DNA of 64,000 nt from a virus, in the IMG/VR virus record IMGVR_UViG_3300013306_000001, positions 26,096-90,095 of that record. The stretch is one strand, 5' to 3'. The position numbers and the translations under genes are program-made. The notes under the pieces were generated by a model. That model saw only the letters and a program-made list of their open reading frames with translations, ran no database searches and was not told the origin of the DNA. The first letter of the stretch is position 1. Each line of letters starts with the position of its first letter. This document shows positions 1-7,260 of the stretch, one piece after another.

Positions 1-39
1 AGAAGAAGTCTAACTATAAATAATTATTTTCACAAACAC

Positions 40-68
40 TTGACTTTGAGAAATCTATAGAGTAGTAT
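40..68 (+). promoter_or_regulatory. sigma70-like promoter
   Basis: TTGACT(40-45)-17 nt-TAGTAT(63-68); same hexamers and spacing as the promoter at 54930-54958. Confidence 0.75.
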
Positions 69-110
69 GTTTCTTATAGAACTTAAATAACTTTGTGTTG
101 GAGGTGTAAT

Positions 111-302
111 ATCAGATGCCGATGCTGTAATTTACCTCTTTCGTGGAGGAATTTTAAAATGAAACAAGACGATGGAAGTGAAGAAGACTTCTGTACAAAC
201 TGCTTAAACATTGTCTATAACATAGATCAGTACGAACCAAGACAGTATACGTTTGAGCAAGAGTGTGATCCTTTCCATATTCCAGAAACATATATAGAAT
301 AA
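111..302 (+). CDS. small Cys-rich (putative Zn-binding) protein; probable ATC start
   Basis: RCRCCN...FCTNC; SD GGAGGT at 100-105 lies 5 nt before in-frame ATC; ORF track uses TTG at 93. Confidence 0.55.
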   Translation: MRCRCCNLPLSWRNFKMKQDDGSEEDFCTNCLNIVYNIDQYEPRQYTFEQECDPFHIPETYIE

Positions 303-399
303 ATAATGCTTGCTATTGTCATGTAATAATGTTACAATGTTGTATGGATGATATGTTTTATCTGAAAGCAAGCCTTGGTGATATGGCACAACTCTAGCC

Positions 400-785
400 A
401 TTTCCATATGTTCGTCGGTAGGGTGAGAGTAAGGCTAAAAAGATTTATGAGAAGCCAGATAACCCTTCATTTGGTTATTGAAAGGTCAGACTACCACTGA
501 CGGCAGCTACTGGGATACTTTGATATTCTGGTCTGACGCTGACACAGCTTCTCACTTAACACATTCAATCTTGACGGAGATTGTCTAATTCCCTTTAAGG
601 GGCTTGAAGAATTCTGACGAGAGTTTAAAGTCTTCCATTGTGTAACTGGGAGCAATGAATCAGCTGAAAGGCAAAAAGAGCATGCAGTTCAATTCTGCTC
701 GGTAGCTGAGGGTTGGTACGCAACCGTTCGATTCGGTTCTGGTCTATCTGGTGATAGAAGCTTGACTGATGGAAAGACATCACAA
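400..785 (+). ncRNA. structured non-coding region with multiple hairpins, including two T-loop-like arms
   Basis: No credible ORF; TGAGAAGC/GCTTCTCA and GTCAGAC/GTCTGAC pairings; GCAG-TTCAATT-CTGC (684-698) and AACCG-TTCGATT-CGGTT (722-738). Confidence 0.5.
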
Positions 786-790
786 ATTTC

Positions 791-873
791 GGATGAGTAG
801 TCCCAGGATTCTTCTAAAGTCCTACGGGTAATTGGAACTGTAAATGTGGGATCGTACCCCATCTCATCCTCCA
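791..873 (+). tRNA. aberrant tRNA-like RNA (Arg TCT-type anticodon hairpin, no normal D-arm)
   Basis: Acceptor GGATGAG/CTCATCC-T-CCA; T arm GTGGG-ATCGTAC-CCCAT; hairpin AGGATT-CTTCTAA-AGTCCT. Confidence 0.6.
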
Positions 874-882
874 AAGTTTCAC

Positions 883-1126
883 CCACAATCACTAAGATTA
901 AGTCTAAAAAGATTGTGGTATTCACGCTGTCATCTCCTCTCCTAAGACAGCACTTAAAGATATTTCAAGTCTCCTCTCACTCCTCATTCTTGAAATATCT
1001 TTGGCCTTGGATAGATTATAAGAGTTCTCTCCTTCTCGTATAATCTTCGCTAACAGGGCCATTTCTTAAGCGTTCTTCTTCATTATGAATACTACAGGGC
1101 ATAGCCGGTAAGTTCGCTTAAGAAAT
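883..1126 (+). ncRNA. multi-hairpin small RNA candidate with anti-Shine-Dalgarno loops
   Basis: Five consecutive inverted repeats; three have loops containing CTCCT. Confidence 0.6.
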
Positions 1127-1150
1127 CACTTATTCATAGGAATATACATT

Positions 1151-1549
1151 ATGACTACCAAGAATAAAAACCCTAGTCTGGCAACAAGATTTGACGGTCC
1201 AAAGTCAAATCGTAAAACCACTGGCGGAAATAGCAAACGAATCACTAAAAGCAAGCTTCGCATCCTAGAAGAACAGTTGCTTGAGATGAAAGATAAAGCT
1301 CTTGAGAACATCAAGAAGAGTATCAACGGCGAGCAGATTGATACTGAACAGCTTGGCTCAAGTAAGTGGTTGGTTAACAGCATCGTAACAGTCAGTAAAT
1401 CGGCTAATGCTGAAGAAATCTCTTACAACAAGCTTAAGTTTGAAGTGAAGGATTCTCTGGAAGCTGGTGAACAGACTCCTTCTGAAATCAAAGCAGAATT
1501 GAAACCTCGTTTGAGTCTAGTTTATACAGAACCTGATCAAGACGAGTAA
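1151..1549 (+). CDS. hypothetical protein, possible terminase small subunit
   Basis: 132 aa, basic N-terminus then helical region; upstream of the terminase region; function inferred only. Confidence 0.45.
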   Translation: MTTKNKNPSLATRFDGPKSNRKTTGGNSKRITKSKLRILEEQLLEMKDKALENIKKSINGEQIDTEQLGSSKWLVNSIVTVSKSANAEEISYNKLKFEVKDSLEAGEQTPSEIKAELKPRLSLVYTEPDQDE

Positions 1550-1694
1550 CTAACACGGCCACGGCCTGTGTATCGGACTGCCTAGTCTAAACCCGTACTT
1601 CTGGCGAAGTACATCTGTTAGTGAAAGGGATGGCCGTCCTTGTCTTGCCACATCAAGACTAGCTAGCACTTATTTAATCTATGTGGAGATATAT

Positions 1695-1784
1695 GGAACA
1701 GACGCCAGTATTAGTTTGCTGGCATCCACCTCATAAGTGGAAGTCTTTTGACCGTTGCGAGTGCAATTCTCGCCTGTTCCCCCA
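1695..1784 (+). tRNA. atypical tRNA with CAT anticodon (Met/Ile2-like)
   Basis: Acceptor GGAACAG/CTGTTCC-C-CCA; anticodon arm TCCAC-CTCATAA-GTGGA; T arm GCGAG-TGCAATT-CTCGC; 7-bp D stem; long variable arm. Confidence 0.75.
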
Positions 1785-1790
1785 AATTCT

Positions 1791-2519
1791 ATGAAATACA
1801 CTAAAGAAATACTTAAACAGAAACTGCTGGATTTTGTTGAAATATATAATAGGAATCCCACTGGCAGAGACTGTAAAAAGTACCCAGAAATATTAGTCGG
1901 TAAAAATACTTTCGTCAGATATTTTGGCTCATTTAATTCAGCCATTTTATATGCAGGACTAATTCCCTATACGAGAGATTTAAGAGACTATAAAACTATT
2001 TCTTGTGAATTCTGCAATATTGAGTTTATAGATAAAACTTGTGAAGCTAAGTTTTGTTCGAAGTCTTGTTATAATTCTTCAAGGAAAGATCAAGCTAAAA
2101 ATAGCAAACCCGACATAGTTATAAAGGTTTGCTTAGAGTGTAATTGTTCATTTGAATCTGACAAAAAGAGCAGAAAGGGAAATTTCTGTAATTTTATTTG
2201 TAGGTCTACCAATCAGATGAAGAACACTTCAATTGGTGAGATGTCTAGATATACTGAACAAAATAAATACCGAGCTATTAGAGATAAAGCACATAATTTC
2301 TATAACACTTTTGGTAAAAGTTGTTCTTGTGCAAATTGCGGTTACTCAAAGCATGTTGAGCTTTGTCATATAAAGGCAATTACTGATTTTGATAAATCAG
2401 AAAGTGTTTGGGAATGCAATAAACCCGAAAACATTATATTCTTATGTCCTAACTGTCACTGGGAGCTAGACTATGGCGACCTTTCAGTAGAAGATATAAG
2501 GGTTTGTAATTTGTCGTAA
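1791..2519 (+). CDS. HNH homing endonuclease with Zn-finger repeats
   Basis: RYFGSFNSAILYAGL repeat, CxxC..FCSxxC motifs, C-terminal CxxC..CHIK..N..LCPNCH; ATG at 1791 just after the tRNA. Confidence 0.8.
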   Translation: MKYTKEILKQKLLDFVEIYNRNPTGRDCKKYPEILVGKNTFVRYFGSFNSAILYAGLIPYTRDLRDYKTISCEFCNIEFIDKTCEAKFCSKSCYNSSRKDQAKNSKPDIVIKVCLECNCSFESDKKSRKGNFCNFICRSTNQMKNTSIGEMSRYTEQNKYRAIRDKAHNFYNTFGKSCSCANCGYSKHVELCHIKAITDFDKSESVWECNKPENIIFLCPNCHWELDYGDLSVEDIRVCNLS

Positions 2520-2542
2520 GTTCAAGTCTTACTGGACCCACC
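2500..2542 (+). pseudogene. tRNA remnant (T arm and 3' acceptor strand)
   Basis: GTAAG-TTCAAGT-CTTAC-TGGACCC-ACC overlapping the HNH stop codon. Confidence 0.55.
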
Positions 2543-2691
2543 CTACATTATAGTCAATTATATTCTTTGGTATAATTGATTCATGTGAAAGCAGACAAGG
2601 GCTGTCCAACTAAAAGCCTATGTTGTCTGTCTATAGGCTATAATACCCTTAAAACAAGACACCTAAAATAAATACAATATAAGGTGTTGCA

Positions 2692-2955
2692 ATGTCAGAT
2701 ACGATTGCAGATGTTATCTTAGATAACGTTAATTATCAGAATGTGAATGCTCTTTCAGGAATTCCTGTAGGAACTAAAGTTCTTCTCCAGTTCAAGGGTA
2801 GCGGTAACGTAAGGGTACAACTTAAACCATTTCAACCAGCCAGCTCTTCTGCCGACGGTCTTCAGTTGATCTCCTTTGAGATGTACATGATTGATCAAGG
2901 AGAGTCAATCATTTGGGCAAAGGGCACAGGCCGCCTTTGCGTACAGGTGGCTTGA
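2692..2955 (+). CDS. hypothetical protein (probably virion-associated)
   Basis: 87 aa, AAGGTG SD, coupled to the downstream fibre gene. Confidence 0.6.
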   Translation: MSDTIADVILDNVNYQNVNALSGIPVGTKVLLQFKGSGNVRVQLKPFQPASSSADGLQLISFEMYMIDQGESIIWAKGTGRLCVQVA

Positions 2956-2956
2956 T

Positions 2957-4294
2957 ATGCCAGTACGTCCAGTTTTTCCCGGAGAGGGTGGTGGTAATGG
3001 TACAGGTGCTGTAAATTCTGTGAATGGTGAGCAAGGTGATGTGATAATCACTGCTCAAGATTTGAATGCACAGCCCGCGTCTACAGTGCTTACAGATATT
3101 GCTGCTATTACAATGCCAGACAATAGTTTCCTACATACAGATGGTTCAGGAAGTTTTACACCATCCTTATGTATGCCTGCTGGTGTTGCTTGGTTGTCCT
3201 ATACAACTGTAGATCAGCAAAAAGAACACCTCGCATTGGCTGAAGTAGCAAGCTCTGGTGACTATAATGATTTAATCAACAAACCTACTTTGTTTGATGG
3301 AACTTACGCATCACTTATAGGTAAACCGACAAGCTTCACACCAGCAGCCCACACACATAGTATAAGTGACGTGACGGGTTTGCAAACAAACCTTGACTCA
3401 AAGCTCGGTATTGGCTCCAGTATTCCTTACAGTAGTTTGACAGGAACTCCTAGTATACCTGCCGCTCAAGTTAACAGTGACTGGACAGCAGTTAGCGGTA
3501 TTTCTCAGGTCTTAAACAAGCCTAACCTAGCAACCGTGGCTACCAGTGGAAGTTATGCTGATCTAACGAATAAGCCTGTAATTCCTTCGGTCAATTATCC
3601 AGTTACATCGGTAAATACTAAAACTGGTGTAGTAGTATTGACCAACGCTGATGTTGGAGCAGCAGCTTCTGTTCACACTCATACAATCAGTGACGTTACT
3701 GGTCTACAAAGTTCTCTTGACAGTAAAGCTAGTACAGCCTCTCTGTCAGTGTATGTGACCACGGGTTCGTTGAGTACAAGTCTAAGTGGTTATGCAACAA
3801 CATCTGCATTGACTTCAGGTCTTTCTTCAAAGTTTAATGCCCCAACAGGAACCGCATTACAATATGTACGTGGAGATGGTACACTAGCTCCTACTCCTAT
3901 AATACCTACAATTGTGAGTGCATTTAGCAATGATGCTGGATATCTTACAAATGCTGTTTTGCCAGTTTATAGGAGAGTTGATAACTCTATTGTAACTGCT
4001 CCTATAAAGGTAAAGTATTACACAGTGACAAGTGATAGCAGCTCTGTTTGGACTGTAGCTTTAGGAACTGATTTTACTGAAGTTTTGGATGTTCAAGTAC
4101 AACCAGTAAGCGTTTCTAATACGATTGCTGGAGTAAGGACTGCCAGTTTAAATGCTTACACAACTACAGCAACATCTATCTCTGGTATAACTTATGGTAA
4201 TAATGTATTGACAACTGTATTAGTTGGAGTAGGAGCTAACACCCTTGCACTGCTACCTTCTACGGTTGTTAGGGTTAGGGTTGAAGGAAAGTAG
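2957..4294 (+). CDS. fibre-like virion protein
   Basis: Repeats VNSVNG/VTSVNTKTG, VA(S/T)SGxYxDLxNKP, HTHxISDVTGLQ; Ser/Thr-rich; ATG at 2957. Confidence 0.7.
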   Translation: MPVRPVFPGEGGGNGTGAVNSVNGEQGDVIITAQDLNAQPASTVLTDIAAITMPDNSFLHTDGSGSFTPSLCMPAGVAWLSYTTVDQQKEHLALAEVASSGDYNDLINKPTLFDGTYASLIGKPTSFTPAAHTHSISDVTGLQTNLDSKLGIGSSIPYSSLTGTPSIPAAQVNSDWTAVSGISQVLNKPNLATVATSGSYADLTNKPVIPSVNYPVTSVNTKTGVVVLTNADVGAAASVHTHTISDVTGLQSSLDSKASTASLSVYVTTGSLSTSLSGYATTSALTSGLSSKFNAPTGTALQYVRGDGTLAPTPIIPTIVSAFSNDAGYLTNAVLPVYRRVDNSIVTAPIKVKYYTVTSDSSSVWTVALGTDFTEVLDVQVQPVSVSNTIAGVRTASLNAYTTTATSISGITYGNNVLTTVLVGVGANTLALLPSTVVRVRVEGK

Positions 4295-4370
4295 TTTTAC
4301 AAAGCTGTCTTGAAATATAGACAGCTTCAATAAGGCTATTGAAAATAGTTAAAATAAATTAGAGAAATAC

Positions 4371-4400
4371 TTGACAAACACTCTATCTATCATGTAATAT
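4371..4400 (+). promoter_or_regulatory. sigma70-like promoter
   Basis: TTGACA at 4371-4376, TGTAATAT -10 region, AT-rich upstream element. Confidence 0.65.
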
Positions 4401-4434
4401 CTCTTTTATGAATTGAACATAACGGAGAAACTAA

Positions 4435-4818
4435 ATGGCAACTCAACAAATTGTAGTGAGTTCAGCAAATCCTGTAGAATTTATTAAGCGTGTCATTGAG
4501 CTTAGTAAACAAGGCGCTGTCCTTAAAGATAATACTTGTCCTCGACTTCGTACACTTCCTTTTATTGCTGAGTTTACTTTCGAGCTTAGTGGCACAGAAG
4601 AGTTGAAGACTAGCCCTGGTGTGAATGCTATCCCTGTAGCGCTTAGTGACAAGGTTTACACTAAAGAGCAGCTTGAAGCTATGCCTATCGAGGATATGCG
4701 CCCTGTTGTAGCTAGTCGGGGTGTTAAGGGCAGGGACAAGCTTAAAATGATTAAGCAATATCTTGCTGCTGTAGAAAGTGGTAAGGATGCAGATGAGTCT
4801 TCGGGAGAAGACGAATAA
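4435..4818 (+). CDS. hypothetical protein with possible C-terminal helix-extended-helix nucleic-acid-binding motif
   Basis: YTKEQLEAMPIEDMR...RGVKGRDKLKMIKQYL; good SD. Confidence 0.6.
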   Translation: MATQQIVVSSANPVEFIKRVIELSKQGAVLKDNTCPRLRTLPFIAEFTFELSGTEELKTSPGVNAIPVALSDKVYTKEQLEAMPIEDMRPVVASRGVKGRDKLKMIKQYLAAVESGKDADESSGEDE

Positions 4819-4954
4819 AGAGTTTGCTGTTTGCAGCAACATGAGGCCCGTCGGGATGACGCCCTCACCTATTCAGGACACGTTGTGAAACGCTCCTATA
4901 CTCATGTCTTGCCGAGAGGCACACAGTTATCTTAGTTTGATAAGAGGCTAATAC

Positions 4955-5542
4955 ATGAATGAAGTATTACTTACCCACGAGTATTTAAAAGAAGCTTTAA
5001 CTTATAATCCAGAAACTGGAAAGTTTACTTGGAGGTTGGATAGACCAGATTCACACTTCAAAGATTGGAGAGGTAAGAATGGCTTCTATAGTAATATTAG
5101 TCCTTCCTTAGAGGCGGGATCAGTATCAAGAGTGACCAAGAGAAATCCTTCATCATATATTGTAATCGGCCTTTGTGGAAAGCTTTATAAAGCCCACCGC
5201 CTTGCCTGGTTTTATGTAAACGGTGAATGGCCGTCCGAAGATATTGATCATATTGATTTAAATACTCAAAATAACGCAATATCTAATTTACAACTTAGTA
5301 TTGATAAACTTAACCACAGAAACCGTTCCAAATACAGTAATAATTCTTCTGGAGTTGTTGGTGTATCTTTCCATAAAAAGACTGGTAAATGGCAAGCTGA
5401 AGGTCAAGAAATTGTTGACGGTAAGAGAGTCAGACACTATTTAGGTCTATTTAAAAATCTAGAAGATGCAGCAAATGCTCGAAGAGATTGGGAAGTCGCG
5501 TACGGATATTCTGAAAATCATGGTAAAGAAATTTCCAGATGA
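4955..5542 (+). CDS. free-standing HNH homing endonuclease (HNH plus AP2-like domain)
   Basis: YNPETGKFTW, AHRLAWFY, IDHIDLNTQNNAISNL, SGVVGVS..KWQA..YLGLF. Confidence 0.85.
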   Translation: MNEVLLTHEYLKEALTYNPETGKFTWRLDRPDSHFKDWRGKNGFYSNISPSLEAGSVSRVTKRNPSSYIVIGLCGKLYKAHRLAWFYVNGEWPSEDIDHIDLNTQNNAISNLQLSIDKLNHRNRSKYSNNSSGVVGVSFHKKTGKWQAEGQEIVDGKRVRHYLGLFKNLEDAANARRDWEVAYGYSENHGKEISR

Positions 5543-7251
5543 CAGATATGGATTATAGTTTCCAGCCAGCTTCGCGAAAGCAAAGCTGGTTCTTGGCTAG
5601 CAATAGTAATATCATTGTATATGGTGGTGAACTTAGCGCCTCCATTTAAAACCCCTCTAATTCGGTGAAACCCAAACGTAAAGACGTGGGTAATACCGAG
5701 CGAAGACTTATTTATAAGTAACGTGTAGAGACTAACGCTGATGAATGTAAGCGAGTAGGTTGCAAGTGCAATCGAAACGGGGGGCTACGAAAGTAGAAGA
5801 TATAGTCCGATCCTTTGCGAAAGCGAAGAGAGTTTAACGAACTCTATAACTAAAAGGCTATGGGTGGTGGCAAGTCCTATTGTGGTTTGCTACGACATCT
5901 CCGCTGGGTTGACGATCCTCAGTATCGTGGATTCATTATCCGTAAAAACCAAACAACTTTGATGAAAGCTTCTGGTTTGTTTGACGAAGCTACCAGCTTA
6001 TATAAAGCGTTTGATCCTAAAGTAAAAATTAACAAAAAGGCTATGACCTTTACGTTCCCAAGTGGTGCCATTATTGCCATGTCTCACTTGGAAACTGACG
6101 AAGATGCAGAGAAATTTCGTGGCCTCCAAATTTCCGGGGCGATGATAGATGAAGCCACTCAGATAACCGAAGACCATACTCTGGTTGTATTATCTCGGCT
6201 GCGTTCTAAAGCAAAGATGGTTCCCAATCTTTTCCTGACTTGTAACCCTTCACCTGATTCTTTTTTGAGACGTTGGATTGATTGGTGGATTATTCCAAAA
6301 GGAGAAGAAAACGAAGGTCGGCCCGACCCCGAACGGGATGGTAAAGTTCGTTGGTTTATTCGAATCGCTGGTGACATGATTTGGGCAGACACAAAAGAGG
6401 AACTCCTGGAGATATACGGCAACAGAGACGGTGAAGGTAATATTTTACCGGACACAGATGAAAAACAACATTGTCGTCCACTGTCCCTACAGTTTATTTC
6501 AGCCACAATCTACGATAATCCGCCACTTATTAAATCCAACCCCGGATATCTTGCAAACCTTCAAGGTCTCAAGCGCGTAAAAAAGGAGCGCGACCTTTAC
6601 GGGAACTGGGATATTCGTGAGGATGCCGCAGGATTTTGGAAAGCGGAGTGGCTGGGTGAGCCCGTAAATGAATATGATTTAAATATTGTTCAATATTGTC
6701 GTGCATGGGATATTGCCGGAAGTTTACCTTGTGAAGCGTTGCCAAATCCTGATTGGACTGCTGGCGTTTTAATGGGTAAAACAAAAGAAGGTCTATATAT
6801 CATTCTAGATGTTGTTCGATTTAGGGCAAGATTTGGAGAGGTGATGCAGCGCATTGTAGAGACGGGCTTAGATGACCCCGATGGTACTCAAATCATTATT
6901 CCACAAGAGCCGGGCCAGGCAGGTAAAGCTGCTGGACAAATGATGATTAAAGAACTTATTTCTGAAGGTCTTTTCGCAAGAATGCGCCCGTCTAATAAGT
7001 CTAAGGTTGTACGGTTTCAACCAGTAGTTTCGGCATCGGAAGCGGGTCTTGTTCGTTATGTTCGCGGTGCATGGAATGATGCTTATTTCTCAGAGATGGA
7101 AGGCTTCGATGGAACCCGCGCTGTGAAGGATGACCAAGTTGATGCAACTAGTGACTCATTCATTACATTAGCACAGAAAATCCATATTGGTAATTTTCTT
7201 GGTGGTTTAGTAACTGCTGACCTCTCAACTAAAAATCCATTTAATCGCTAA
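5539..7251 (+). CDS. terL: terminase large subunit, join(5539..5628,5857..7251), 494 aa spliced
   Basis: Splicing restores Walker A IVYGG|AMGGGKS; Walker B MIDEA; TCNP; nuclease residues RAWD and DDQVDA. Confidence 0.92.
5629..5856 (+). mobile_element. ORF-less group I intron (IA2-like), 228 nt
   Basis: 5' exon ends in T and intron ends in G; IGS GCCTCCAT pairs with the 5' exon; P10 TAGC/GCTA; core AATTCGGTGAAA, AATACCGAG, GTAGAGACTA, AAGATATAGTCC; P7.1/P7.2, P8 and P9 hairpins. Confidence 0.93.
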
Positions 7252-7260
7252 GGAGCCTTC

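Noticed and set aside
612-672. Hammerhead ribozyme suggested by CTGACGA
   Set aside because: No correctly placed GAAA after stem II and no stems I/III.
806-824. Amber-suppressor (CTA) reading of the tRNA-like anticodon loop
   Set aside because: Centring the loop on CTA breaks the stem, whereas the TCT register pairs fully. TAG is used as a normal stop in this genome.
689-1043. ORFs 689..925 (-) and 846..1043 (+)
   Set aside because: They overlap the tRNA-like gene and strong hairpins, and the translations resemble nothing recognisable. The minus-strand AGGAG before ATG at 933 opens only a 3-codon ORF.
1549-1630. Twister ribozyme suggested by CTAACAC.GCC
   Set aside because: The conserved loop-4 and pseudoknot residues could not be placed.
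3230-3720. Repeats as a possible CRISPR array or DGR template/variable repeat
   Set aside because: They are degenerate in-frame protein repeats of the fibre; no spacers or reverse transcriptase are present in the window.
5860-7251. terL starting at ATG 5860 as in the ORF track
   Set aside because: It begins in the middle of Walker A; the upstream exon and intron explain the true start.
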